A stretch of DNA of 64,000 nucleotides from Squalus acanthias (taxonomy: Eukaryota). Below the pieces are notes generated by a model. It did not search any database, had not been told where the DNA came from, and worked only from the letters and a program-made list of their open reading frames with translations. The stretch is from the NCBI GenBank assembly GCA_030390025.1, contig CM059447.1:9548001-9612000 (forward strand), in the 5' to 3' direction. Shown piece after piece: positions 12,491-25,819 of the stretch. The position numbers and the translations under genes are program-made. How positions within the stretch are numbered: the stretch's first letter is position 1; each line of letters begins with the position of its first letter.

Positions 12491-15400
12491 AAACACATCA
12501 GTTATCTCAAGTTATTCTGGCAGCTGTGATACAGATTATTTTCTTTAAGTCACATCCAGAATTGTGATTCCTAACTGGAGAAGCCATTAATTCATATTTA
12601 GAACACAAGGGCTATGGGTTGGTGGAATGTGAACATTTATTTTGAGCTCGACAGTGCACATACTGGTCTCGGATATTCTGCCCTTAGAACCCTACTTTAA
12701 TAGCCCAGCCTTCCCACTCCCTGAAATATGATACCAGGATGACTAATCTTTCAATGTCATATATGCACATTTTGAGCATAGCAGGTTTATATAATGTTCA
12801 TCTTCCAGAATGCAATATATCCATTACATGGTGCAACACCAATGTCTCTGCACTAATTTAAGTTCCTAAGAATACCATCTGGTTTTCTCAACTACCAGCT
12901 TATCTATTGCCTGTGAAGAGTTCAAAGCACGTTTAAACCATTTTGTCGATGATTAACAAAAAACAGAAGAATAATAGCCTGGAGTAGCACATGGGATAGG
13001 AGATTTGACCAGATTGTAAAGAAAAACTGGACATGTACCAAAAATGTGAGAACATTTTTTTTAAATACAGTATTCAGAAACTGTCACAGGTTCTGGACTA
13101 TAAATATGCTACAGTCGCACAGCCCTCACAAATAGGATTTGTGACAATAGAATTCAAAAGCAACTGGAACAATGACTACGGTACATTTATTAACTTTTAA
13201 TACGCAGATAGTTACACTATAGATTACAAGTTCCTGTATCATTGATACTACAGTAACTACCGTACCAAAACAACGGTATTATACATTCCAAACATTATTC
13301 TGTTAATTGCATTCCAACATTAAATGTAAAAAATGCTGACCTTGAACTGCTCAAACCAGTTTAGAATGGACCTTTTAGTATTGATGGTTTAAAAGGAGGG
13401 GGAAAAGATTAATTCCTAAACAATGACCGACTGGCCTCCGCCCCCGGATGGACCAAACAGTAAACTTCTGTTGGATAAAAGCAGCTTTTTCTTCAGCTGT
13501 AGAATTACACAGAGGCTGCAGTTCTCTGTGCTAATGGCTGGATACATCACCAGGTTTGCACACAATGCAGAGATCAGCAGTAGCCTGGGAACCTCTGAAA
13601 GGACAGTAATTTACTTGGGCACATGTTAAGTCCTACCTCTAAATATGTGAAGTATACTCAAAGTTAGAAACATATCCCACTGCAAATGGGCAACCCTTGG
13701 GCTGAAAGTACAGCAAAATTCCATATTAAACTACTGAATATCAAAAGTTCAGTCTGAAATACATGTTGCACAAATAGCTTGAAGAGCTACCACTAGCCTA
13801 AGCTCATTATCCATCTTAAAAAGGCCCCTCGCTGCTATCGCAAACGGTATACGTTTGTTAGAGAGCAAGTGCAGTACACTGTACGTACAAATGAGACAAA
13901 GATAGTTACAGAACTCCTGTATGTACAAATGAGACAAAGAAGAACAGGCATGTTCACCATGGATTTTAGCATATTGGTGTTTCTGCAACAGTGCACTGAG
14001 ATGCCAATTTGCTACTGTGCGAATATAAATCACCTCGCTGACATTTCACAACTGGAAAAGTCTTGTTGATCCAACGTATGGCCTAAAACATTTCAGTATA
14101 AAGTTGTTAAATAAAGTAACTGTGGGATAATTGGTGTGGTGGGGAGAAATTAAATCACTTAATTCTGGAAAAAACAAGCATTGTTTTGACACTGGTATAT
14201 CAGGACAGTGCCACGTGTAGGTGACTAAATGAACTCCTATTATGTGAACAGCATCATCATGTCTGATGTTTATAATTTGAGCTCCAAAGTTCCATCTATC
14301 ATATTGAGAAGGACAACAACTCCTATTTAAAACTTGAGTAACTGCACAATAATCTTCTCTCTTATTTACATTAGATTAGGGATATGAGCATTTTTATTTA
14401 ATGTACACTTCCTGTCTCTGACTCTGGACTTTATATAAAGTGTCTACTGCAGTACAAACAGAAAGTGGAGTTAATTTAGGAAGGGGGTTTCATCAGCTTT
14501 CCAACAAACTTGCCCTTCTCCCATACAAAACTATCAAAGCACATGCTTATGATTTAGGACTAGACGTGTATTACCAGTGAAAGGACATAGCCATTTTCCA
14601 CACCACTTAAAACTAGCTTTCTAAATTAAACTCACATTAAAAGTGACTGTTTTCAGCTCTTCTGAAAAAGCTGCCTGTGAATAATTAGCTACTTAATTCA
14701 GGTCACTGCTAATATCAGATTCCCTGTCACCAACAAGTCAGTATAAATGTCAACTGGGTGGTTGACTGCAGTGCATGTTTGGCAGTTTTTCTGTAATAGT
14801 AAACAGAATTACCAGACTTCTGCTGACATCAACAAGAATCACTTCCCTCTGGTTTACAGATGCAAAAATTCCACTTGTCTTATTATCAATAGGTTTTCCT
14901 TTTTTAACATTTAATACCAGAACTATTATCACACCCTGGTCTTTTTTCTTCCTGTTTCGCATTGACGTTTAATCCAGCGCTGTAGAGTGTTACATTTGTT
15001 CTGAATAATCATCTGAAAACTTGCTACCCTTAAGCAAAATGAAAGGAATTTACCAAAACATTTTTGAAAAGTCCCAGGGAATTAAACTGTTGGATATGGA
15101 TGTAAAAGTTAATAAAGCACAATTTTACATTCAGTACTCTGCACAGCTGTATTTTAAAATGTACATCTTATTGAAAGACTTTGGATACTTGCTGTAGATT
15201 TTATTTTCTCTTACCAGCACAATAACAATTACAACCAAATTACTGATGAGAGTAATAGAAAAATACAAGAATGCAGAGTTTTTGTTTGGACAAAGGCTGT
15301 TCAACTTCCAGGAAAACAGAATTTATTATGGAAGCATTACAAAAAAAAAATCAATATATTGCAGTGCAATTATTGTATTTGTATATCGCAGTGTAAAATC

Positions 15401-18400
15401 CTATAGTCTACTCTGATGTAGTTTTGTTACCATAGATCTGAAAGCTATTGACGCGTTAATCAATTAACGCAATTTCTGCTGAAATGCATATATGGAGTCA
15501 TGTGCTGTTTGTGATTTGTACTATATTACAGTGTGTGCCCTGAAATTTGTAATACTTAACTAAGCTTGTTGAAAATGGAGGACTTCCCTCGATGTAGCCT
15601 GGGGCTCTTATATACATTGTGTTCAAGGACTGTCCTGCCTGGTAATGTGCTGAGTCTGACAGGTCCGGGGTACTGAACACTGACTCCAACTGTTGAGAAG
15701 CAGATGGTTTGATCCCAACAGACACATGCTGAAACAGCATATATTACACCAGGGATTTCATTATGCTTTTCAGTAGAGCACATTTTCGAAAAGAATGGAA
15801 TTCTGTTAATATACAATTGGGTTATTATACAAGAATCGAATTAATGGCGTTAGAGTAGGCGGTGAAATTCTTTGGCCCTCATGTCCTAAGTAACCCCCGC
15901 TACAGTATAACACAATTTCCATGTATACCGCTGATGCAGAAACACCTAACGATTGCTGAAAAGAATTATTTCCAATTTCAGTTTTAACACATTTGTTCGA
16001 ATACTGTACAAACAGGACGACAATGACAGACACTATGGAATGACCCTACCTACAGTATGTAAAACAAAAGGCAAGGTTACTGTATACTGTAACCAAATAA
16101 GAAAAATGCTCAAATTGTGCTCAGATTTATAAATAACTGCAATCGGATATCAGAAATGTAATATTGTGACAAAGGTACTTATTTCTAAATTTTGATACAG
16201 TTCCACTTGATTTAGCTCTCTCCTTAAGACCGGCTACAAACAAAATACTGTATAAGCATCTGAAGACAAACAATGACGGTAAATGCTGAATATTTATGCA
16301 AGAAATCTTGATGTAAAGCATGTACGGCGTTGTACATAAAAACATAAAACTGAAATCACAAATATAATGCATAAAATTTCAGTTTCTCGTTTGTGTATTT
16401 CCAAATTAAACAAAGATTCTAAATATATGGTTCAGTAAGTCGAGAGGTGATGTAGACATTTAACACAACGCAAATACTGTACCTGGTTATATTTGTGCAG
16501 GGCCCTGACAGTGCTTCTATCCACTAGCTGACAGTCTTCAATATACACAGCAACATCATTACAAACGATTGGATTTTCAAGACAGTAGGGTACAGACAAA
16601 TCCCCAAGACTAAAATAGATTTCCAACAAAATATAATCACCAATATCTTGCTCTACATGTTCAACAAAATGCAGGGCATTCACCAAATGCTATTTTGTTA
16701 AATAGGGTCTTCACCTCTATTACAAATGCCTTTGTAATCTTAATGTTGTCCTTCTTCAGTCCACAGGCATATCCTTGGACAGTGCTGTGAAGACCAGTAG
16801 CTGCTATCAGTAAACCATTAATCCTTCAGTCGGAATTATCAGATATAAATGATGTGCTATCAACGTAAATACAAAGGTTTCCAGCTAAGTCCTGCTTAGA
16901 AGGCTGCAAAAGGTGCTGATGCCGCACTCTCAGTGTGTTTCCCCAGTGATGCAGCTGTGACACTAGTGAATGTGTAGAGCTCTCTTCTCTTTCTCTGCTG
17001 GATGCATGTGATTAGGCTCCACCCTTGCTTGTGCTAAACACAGCTCTGCTGAAAATCAGCTCTCAAACCCTGATCGGATTCTCCAAGGACACATTACACC
17101 ACATGCATTGCAGCGCACTTACAGTACATTCTGTTAACTCCTTCAACTATAATCCTTTCTACACTATGAAAGCTAAAAATATTAAATATTAGCTTTTCAT
17201 CAACACCTACCCTTTGTCTGGTACAGAGGGTTGAAGAGGAATATAATCAACTACCATAATACAGCAATTCCAAATTATTTTGTAATATTTGTTATTTCAC
17301 AGAATAAGAGTATATAACACTACTTACAGCATTTAGTGATAAATACACTGTCCTTTCAGGGAAATATATTGCACAAAATATACACGTAAAGACTTATTGC
17401 GGTATGTTCCCACAGGACATTGTGCAAGCGACAGTCACTGTGAAGCAGCATTTAGCCAGTTCCTTATTGGAACTAAAGCTGCTAATTACTAATATTTATA
17501 TTCACAGACTCGTACAGCACAGAAGGAGTCCATTCGGCCCATCATGATAATTGTCTTTAGTGTCTTTCATACCATCAATTACATTTTTATTTGGAGGTCT
17601 CAGCTTCTCTCTAAAAACTGGACTTGGAGTTGAAATTCTTTCTACACTTTCACTCTTTACTAACTACAGTTGTGCCTGCAATTCCCAGGATGCAGCAGAC
17701 TCAGCATGGACAATCTCCCAGCATGCATCACCATCAGTGTAAGTGCAAGCATTTTTCCTTAGGCTACAAACACTATTTTTAAGTGTTTATTTTTACTTGA
17801 GAGAGACAGACAGAGAGTAACAAATGTAATCTTGGACTCACCATCAGCAATACCACACGTGACTTGCTAGTTGGGGTGGTAGCGTGCTCAAAATTTGCAG
17901 TGCAGAACTCAGCCACCAATGTTCTGTCGCCGCCATTTCGATTTGAACCTTCAGATAGGCAGCCAAGGCCCCGGTCAGAAACAGACCGGAGCCTAATTAT
18001 ACAATTCAGATCGGGGGTCCTGTGACATCAATGGGACCTCGTTGCAATTTGATGTAGAGTGGCCTAACCAGAACGCCTTAAAGGGACCAGTGGAGGCCTC
18101 TCCACAATTGGGGCGGATAAGTTTCTTCAGCAATTCAAAATTGAACTGCCCAATGTCTGATTCTCCATGGCCCGCCCCCCACTTCACCTACCTGGACCAG
18201 CTCAGCTCAACGGAGGAGCTGATGGATTTCACACCTTCACTATTTACAAATTCCCCCATTTATCTGGATTTGCCTATTTGGAGCAATGACCATACAGGGA
18301 CAGGCTAAATTAACAGCTAAACACCACAAGCAAACAGTGCCACAGGAGATTCACTAGTATATTTTAAAAATGTTGAGTACTGATTAGACTACTGATGGAA

Positions 18401-19223
18401 TTAACTTGAGCAGAAAGCAATACCGACAGGTCAAGGGAACTAAATTAAAATGCACAGTTGAAGCTGAAGCAATGAATATATCTGTGCTGATGTTAATTAA
18501 ACTCTCTCATATTGCCAGGGCCAGAAATGCCTTCAAATGGACCAAAAGGCCTACTTCCATGCTGGAATTTCTGAGTCTAATTCAGATCAGCTCACCTTCT
18601 GACGTCAGTAGCGTTCACTATCAAAACAAAAGAACTTTAAAGGAGAGAAGAGGGGACAGTTTATCATAAAAATGATCTTAGCAATAAATGCACAGATCAT
18701 GACACTGTTCCTGCTTCTGGTGGTCTGGATACGTGGAAGGTTCCACACACATACACTAAACACACAGAAGTTAAATTAGTGGCAGCCTGACCAGTGTTAG
18801 CTTTACCTGCTCTGAAATCAATTCTATCAACATAAGACACAAGCTAATGAATTATTGCAATATTCCAGCACTTGTAGCACGTAACATAGAAGGCCAAGGC
18901 CTGATCTTCCCTTATGCATACATACATGGACATGAAAGATCCTTATAGAATAGATCTATATGCAAGTCAATTAGACATAATGATCTATACATTTGATTGT
19001 GGCCGAAAACGGGCAGTTAGCAGTGCACACGCTGCATGCGCCTGTTCACGTGGGCGCAAGGACAACGTGAAATTCGTGCTGGCTGCTCATTAAAATGAGT
19101 CATACATGCAACCAGTGCTACCCACCCATGCTGCAGATTCGCTGCTCGCCTGTTTGGGGAATTAAATCGAGCATAACTGACAGCAAGCACTTAAAGGCAG
19201 CCAGCACCTCTTAAACGGGAAGC

Positions 19224-19373
19224 GCAGGAGATGCAATACCTACCCCTTTACCTCCTCCCTTCCCACCATCCAGGGCTCCAAACACTCCTTCCAGGTGAAA
19301 CAGCGATTTACTTGTACTTCTTGCAATTTAGTATACTGTACGCGCTGCTCACAATGCGGCCTCCTCCACATTG
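19224..19373 (+). mobile_element. Penelope-like element GIY-YIG endonuclease fragment
   Basis: Translates CNTYPFTSSLPTIQGSKHSFQVKQRFTCTSCNLVYCTRCSQCGLLHIG, the NLVY...C..C.LLYIG GIY-YIG motif of Penelope elements. Confidence 0.8.
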
Positions 19374-19740
19374 GCGGTGGACAGCATGAGGGAGATCCTG
19401 TTCCCTCCAGGGGGCATAAAGCCCTCCAGGCGACACCTCCGACCCAAGTGGAAGAGGTCACTGAGGCAGTCAATGAAGGGAGCTTAGCTCCAAGGACATG
19501 GCTTCAATGCCAGAAAAAGTTTAATGACCTCAGCAGAGTTGTCACGGTAAGAATCTTACCATTCACCTCAATTACTCTCCTCACATCTGCAGCCTCACTC
19601 ACAACAATCCTCTCCCCCACTACCCTTCACTCTCCTACAATCACTGCACACACTTCACTCCACCTCCTCTCACACTCTGAACCTCCTGCTCTCACCACTA
19701 TAGCAACCTTCACATTCCCACACATCTGCATTATTCTACC

Positions 19741-19811
19741 ATGAGAAGTCGCACAACACCAGGCGACTTCTCATTTTTGTCCACCCCAGTCCAACACCGG
19801 CATCTCCGCAT
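19741..19811 (+). mobile_element. Ultra-short Penelope-type insertion, same family as 7170-7385
   Basis: atgagaagtcgc-acaacaccag-gcgacttctcat hairpin plus a near-identical tail. Flanked by a cattattctaccatga duplication (19729-19744 / 19812-19827). Confidence 0.8.
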
Positions 19812-20199
19812 CATTATTCTACCATGACAGGCACATTCTAAAAACATCTCACAAGCCTGTCACGAACACACTCCCTTTTTTCTTGCAGAAGGTCACGCAC
19901 AACATGAGGCAGTGACCGGAAGAGGTTGAGCCTGCCTACACACTCTCCCCACTGGAAGACATGCTGGCCCTTACACGTGGTGAGTGAGTCATGGCCGTCG
20001 CGAGTGGTAATGCTGGAGATATCATCTCACAGGGTTTCTTCACACCTTATTCTCTTTTTCCCTTCGCACTTCTATCTCACCCTACACAATCTGCGTAGCA
20101 AACTGCAGCTTTCAGCAATCAATCATATCTCTCTGCTCTCCCTTCACACCAAAAGCTAACCCTTATCCTTTCATTTCAGCAGCTGAAAATGTTGAGGTC

Positions 20200-21205
20200 A
20201 TAGAACATAAGAACATAAGAATTAGGAGCAGGAGTAGGCCATATGGCCCCTTGAGCCTGCTCCACCATTCAATAAGATCATGGCTGATCTTCGACCTCAA
20301 CTCCACTTTCCCGCCTGATCGCCATATCCCTCAATTCCAAAAATCTATCAATCTCAGACTTGAATATACTCAACAACTGAGCATCTAGAGCCCTGTAAGA
20401 CGTTCTGATTATCTGATAGTTTATAGGGTTCAGACCCATGGAACAGACAACACAAAACCCAATGAATCTGTGAAACTTCCTTTACTTAAAAATCAACAAG
20501 AGGTTACAAGTAATTACCAGAATACAAACTGTACTCAATTCATGTACTTATCACAAGCAAGCATCGAAAATCATTGACTTTAAGCTCAGGTGATTATAAG
20601 CAAAACCACATACATACTATTCACCAGATGAGAGGTCAATTAAACGATGACTAGGCGTATGACTAACTTTAACTGGCAACTGACCAGGTCACCATCGACT
20701 ACAGCCCCGAATGTCAGTGTCCAATAACACTTATACCCCAAAACTTGGCAACTTGTCCACAGCATTCATGTTTCACACTGTGGGGAATGTTGTTTTCTCT
20801 CTCTCTCTCTCCCGATCTGTTTTGACGCTTAGTTAACCAAGGCCAAACATCCAAGGATTGGAGAGAGTCGTCGTTTTTCACATCTGCAGGGTTGTTGACT
20901 CGTGGTTCTCACAGAATTTTCAAGATCTTATCTTTTGAAGGAAAAGTACCAACACATCACTTATTTTACAAATGTTTTTAGCCAAGCGATCTCTTGCCCT
21001 CAAAGCTTGTCGGTACATTTGGTCACTTTTAGATTCAGTCAAATGGAGATTGTCAAGTTTACCATGACGGGGCAGAGAATTCCAAAGATTCACAAGTGAA
21101 GAAATTCCTCCTCATCTCAGCCTTAAAATGCCGATCCTTTATCCTGAGACTATGCCCCCTAGTGCTAGACTGTCCAGCCAGGGGAAACAATCTCTCAGAA
21201 TCTAC
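20200..21205 (-). mobile_element. CR1 3' fragment split by an LTR-like insertion
   Basis: (agaacata)n tail plus ggagcaggagtaggcc...gagcatctagagccc (to 20393). It resumes at ~21070 with ggcagagaattccaaagattcac. Confidence 0.8.
20394..21069 (-). mobile_element. Probable solo LTR
   Basis: ~676-bp insertion interrupting the CR1 copy. Minus strand starts (C/T)GTCATG and ends CTTACA, with a TATA-like ggggtataagtg (~20727-20738) and an AGTAAA polyA-like signal. No clean TSD. Confidence 0.5.
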
Positions 21206-22829
21206 GTCTCTCTGTCACTTCAGGAAGAGAAAGGAGCCTTCCTGAAGATGCAACGTTACTCACTCTGACCCGTGCAAGCACCAGCTGAGATACTGGCACC
21301 ACATATATTTTGGAAGGTAGAGTAGAGGCGTCTTCACGTGGTGGATTAGTGGGCACGCATACAGGAGCATGGGCAGGGGGATAAGACGTCACAGGTGTCA
21401 ACCTGTTGGAAGGTGACATCACATATTAGCTCTGCTGCAGAGGACTCAGATGCTGACTTTGAGAGCCCAGGCTACCAAGGAAGGTTGATGGGCATACACC
21501 AGGAAATGATAGGCGCACTGGACAACTTGCCAGCAAGCTTGCACACAACGGCTCAGAGTATGTAGGAGTCCAGCTCCAACTTGTGCCGCGCAGAGCATTG
21601 AAACCATTGTGTCCAACATGGAGTGTGAGATCAGCTCCATGAACACAACAGTGGTGCCCATCATGGTGGAGCTTCTTCTGAAAGCAGTGTGAGCTGCAAT
21701 GGAAGCTTAGGTGGCAGCCACCTTGGCTTTTGGGGGCACTGTTGACAGGGGCGTCCAGAGCATCATGTCATTCCTGAACTCTGTTCTCATGCAGAGCCTG
21801 AGCAGCGCTGCACTGCAGTCCAAAGAGAGTGGCATTGGCTCCCTGGGAAACACGGAAGGACAATGGCATGCTTGCAGCCCCGCCACCTACTCTACCAGTA
21901 CACTTGTTAACACAGCCCGCTGGGCCAGACTGTCATGTCCCACGCCAAGGTGCTACAGTCTGCAGCCAGGCCCTCTGGGCCCAGACCTGCTCAAGGTCAC
22001 CCACCACAGCCATCTGAAGTGTCCACAGTGGAAGCTCAGCAGCCTTCCACCTCCCAAGCTGTAGCCACTGGAGATATACCTCATAGGAGCACTAGGACAG
22101 ATAAACAAGCACAGAAGGCTTGCACCAAGTTGATTCTTAATTATCCTGTCAACTATCATACACATATGGAATAGAGTTGTTGGAATAATTTATTGTTCTG
22201 AATTTGATATTGGTGTTAATATTTGTAGTCAAGACCCATAAGGCTGGACTGAAGGAAGGCAATCGAATGGTGGTAATAAGGACCATGGTGAAAAGGATTG
22301 CGGGATTGTTAGTGTATTGGGGAAGGGAAGGATGGTTCAACTGAAGCGCTCTTGGATGAGCTGCTCTCCGAGAGCTCTGGCAGCCAAGGCACTGGTGATC
22401 TGTGCTGCTCTTGCACTTCCTCCTCTTTGTGCTACTGCTCCTCCTCCTCTACTCCTTACTGCCCAGGTGGTGGTAAGGGCTGGTCCCTGCCTTTAGCAGT
22501 TATGCAGCACACGGCCTCAAATCTGGATACACGGACAGGGCTGTAGAGCAGAGCTGCTTCTGCACGTTCCTGGCGGAGGAAGCACTGCTCCAACACCCCG
22601 ATGGTCTACTCAATGACGTTTCTGGTGGCAGCATGGCTCTCGATGTAGGTCAGCCCTGCATCTGCGCCTGGGTTTCTGACAGGAGCCTAAAGCCAAGTCT
22701 ATACCCTTTGTCGCCCAGTAGCCAGCCTGTGACCCGACAGGCTGGGTAGAATAAAGGATGAATGAATCATGACTGCTGCCAGGAAACCGGGCACTGACCA
22801 GCATAATACGCTGCCTATCGTCTCAAATA

Positions 22830-23025
22830 GGACTCCCCTGCTTTACTTCAAATAGTGCCATCGGATCTTTTATATGCACCGGACAGGGCAGATGGGACCT
22901 CAGTTCAGCATCACATCCAAAAGATGGCACCTCCAACAGTGCAGCACTCCCTCAATACTGGAGTGGGGGTTGAACCCACAACTTTCCAACTCAAAGGTGA
23001 GAGTGCTACCACTGAGTCAAGGCTG
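22830..23025 (-). mobile_element. DeuSINE 5' fragment
   Basis: aaatagtgccatcggatcttt...ttgaacccacaactttc...gagtgctaccactgag (tRNA head reversed). Confidence 0.75.
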
Positions 23026-23104
23026 ACATCTGATGTTCGATGTGATAATTACCTTAAGAGTTACAAAGTGAAGAACTGAATCAAACCAAAATTAATTTAA
23101 ACGC

Positions 23105-23215
23105 TGCCGCGTTTCCTACATTGCAACAGTGACTACACTTTAAAAAGTACTTCATTGGCTGTAAAGTGCTTTGGGTGGTCGTGAAAGGTGCTCTAGAAAT
23201 GCAAGTCTTTCTTTT
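23105..23215 (+). mobile_element. DeuSINE 3' tail
   Basis: tttcctacattgcaacagtgactacactt...agaaatgcaagtcttt. Confidence 0.75.
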
Positions 23216-23986
23216 TTGTTTTTTCTTTTTAACAGTGTATACTGGTTGCATTAAATGACTTGAAAGCAGCATACATGCAAATACACTCCAAATAACACAG
23301 CAAACCGATGTTCTAACAGGTAAACCAGTCCCAGCTGGGACAAGCAATAGGAAGCTTATCAGTACTCTGTACTAGTGAGCTGTGCAATTTTAGCTGGATA
23401 TACTCTAGCACTACTCTGCTTACCCTTGGGGATTTTTAAAGCATTGTCTGCTGCCAACCTGTGCCCAAGCTCTTGGATTTAGATAAATGGGGGGCAGCGG
23501 GGGGGTTATTGTTTACAACCTCTCCGATAAACAGAAACTGCACCCATGTAGATTTCTCTGCAGCTTAGTTTGGAGACTTAATCATAGTGAGGGGTTTTTG
23601 CATGTGTCAAAAGCGGAACAAGATACAAATACACTGTAATCTATGTGACTATGTAACGTTAATAATTTATAGATGTTTGTATGTGTAACTGTAGGAGAAG
23701 GGAACTGTAGTAATTTTAATTCTGTAGATTTAAATAGCAAAACAAATTCCATTTCCTTCCTTAACAGAGCCATATTGTGGAAAAGATCAGATTAATTCTA
23801 ACCCTAAAGGAATTATATTTGAAGCTCACTCTGGCTCATGGACCCTGCTTTTGGAATTCCACAAATACATTTATGGTGCACTTTTCCATAATCAGTTTTG
23901 TTGAAATCAATAGTAATCACTAAAATAATGTTTCTGCAAAAAAGCAGCTTCAAGTCATTTTGCTCTTCAGCTATTACATTGTATTT

Positions 23987-24016
23987 ACACACACACACAC
24001 ACACACACATACATAC

Positions 24017-24044
<28 letters not shown>
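23987..24044 (+). repeat. Compound (CA)n(TA)n microsatellite
   Basis: Direct inspection. Confidence 0.9.
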
Positions 24045-24049
<5 letters not shown>

Positions 24050-24243
24050 AAAAGGCATCTCAGCCTCTAGGGGATACCCAAGAGTTAGCTGAAACTGGGA
24101 ATCTAACTGAGGTCTCCGAGTCAATAGTCCAATGTTGTATCTAGCATTGTACAACAGCGCTCAGCCTGCTGTGCTGAACAAAATTTAACACGGCCATTTT
24201 CTTTATCTAAGTGCTGCTCAGTTTAGACTCCTTAATATAGCAG

Positions 24244-24411
24244 CAATGTTCCCTCTAAGTTTTCTTTGTTGTGCGTGGCCTGTTTATTTCAATGCACGGT
24301 ACCTTTAAATTTTCTGCACAGCCTCGCAGTATCTCAGAGGGAACAACTGGTGAGCGGTACCTTCCAGATTGCTGCACAGCTGCGCATGCGCGCAGCTTAG
24401 AAGGAACATTG
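24244..24411. mobile_element. Short hAT-like MITE
   Basis: TIRs CAATGTTCCCTCTAAG...CTTAGAAGGAACATTG. Confidence 0.75.
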
Positions 24412-25819
24412 CTTAACAGTACACAGTTTACTGCAGAATTTGCAACAAAACACAAATATAGTGGACAGCTGAAAGAACATGCACCCAGTAATATACACAG
24501 TACATGTTTTAAAAGCACACAAGCATTGATCCTATATTATGGTTTCTATGCATCATTTTACAATGAAGGATGGGCTTGAAACTCGGGTGTCTATTATGGG
24601 GGACTGTACATTATGTGTAAAAATTGTAATAGATTGTTGTAAATAATGTTTGCTATTCTGCATTGGAAACTGGGTATATTATTTGATTGGAAGTGCCTGC
24701 TATAAGCACTTACCCATAATATGCAAAAATCAGTTCCAGAAGAGTGTAAGGAAGGATGAATGAGAAAAGGCTACTTGGTCCATGAAACCCACTCCTTCAC
24801 AGATCATGTAACATCTACCTTAAGTACTCTAGCCCACCTATTTAATTTCTTAATGGAAAGATCTGCAGAGATTCCCTGCTCCCCAAAGAGAATCAAGCAA
24901 AACCCTAGCATGTCTATCCATCCTCACATCTCTAATATTCAAACCTGGTTAGCTGCTGCCTATTATGTCTTGTGCCGTGCTTAATCATCTCAATCCATAT
25001 TTATCTGTATCGTCTTTAATCCCATTTGCTACTTAATATGTATTCACCTCCTTTTGAAGGAGTTATTATGTTAATATACTGCCTAAGAGATACAATTCAC
25101 ATTGTCCAAGTTACAAACATCATGGTTTGCTGCACAAATAATTATCACAGTTAATACTGAAAGCACAAAACTTTTCATATTTGGCTGCTGGTGCACATCT
25201 TTAGCCAGATAAGTTTGCCTGCTATTATTAAGAAAGTGATTAAACTTATGTTTTATAGCTTTAAATCTTCAATTTTATCACAACAAAGGCAAACAATCTT
25301 TCTTCTATCTACCAATGTGTAAACTAGTAGCGCATCATATTTAACGTCATTATTTCTGTTCACTTTTGTGAATCAACTTGTTTATTTTCACCTTCAGGCC
25401 ACACCTGCTATGCACGCTCTAAACAAGGGTGGATTATTACCTTGTACACAAATAATGAATACCACCACATCAAACATAGCTTTCTTGAGTGAGACAATAC
25501 AAGTAACAGATAACTCGTTGTCATGTGTGCCTAGATAATAAAGCTAAGGAGGTCTGATGGCATCACAAGAATTTAGTTTTTAAGTAATAACCTCAAGTTT
25601 TACACCTTTGTAAAATATATCTATTTATTTGTACCATAAATATGAAACACCATTGTAGTTATAACAAAATTATTAAACAGAAGTACATTACTTCCATTAC
25701 GATATCACAATTCAGTGATTGTAACTGTACTGTGGTGCTCAGCTTGCTGCTGACCTGATACAGCAACAGTCCATTTTCATTTTTTAACCTTTGTGAGTTT
25801 ACCCATTTTTATTTGTCAA

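Larger units (their letters stand above)
19000..22830. mobile_element. Decayed autonomous PIF/Harbinger transposon (Myb/SANT gene on +, transposase on -), multiply interrupted
   Basis: Plus strand: EEVTEAVNEGSLAPRTWLQCQKKFNDLSRVVT|gtaaga (19450-19546), then ttcttgcag|aaggtcacgcacaac (KVTHN) at ~19890, a Myb/SANT trihelix signature. Minus strand 22810-22490: SARFPGSSHDSFIL...SHAATRNVIE*TIGVLEQCF...LLYSPVRVSRFEAVCC, a HARBI1-type DDE C-terminus. Confidence 0.8.

Noticed and set aside
19295-19744. 149-aa ORF as a novel Cys-rich/Myb fusion protein
   Set aside because: GTG start, a junction of two decayed transposon fragments, and read-through into intron-like low-complexity sequence.
23424-23547. 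MGAVS... first exon with phase-1 donor AAGG|gtaagc
   Set aside because: Two in-frame TAA stops lie between the ATG and the donor; at most a non-coding exon.
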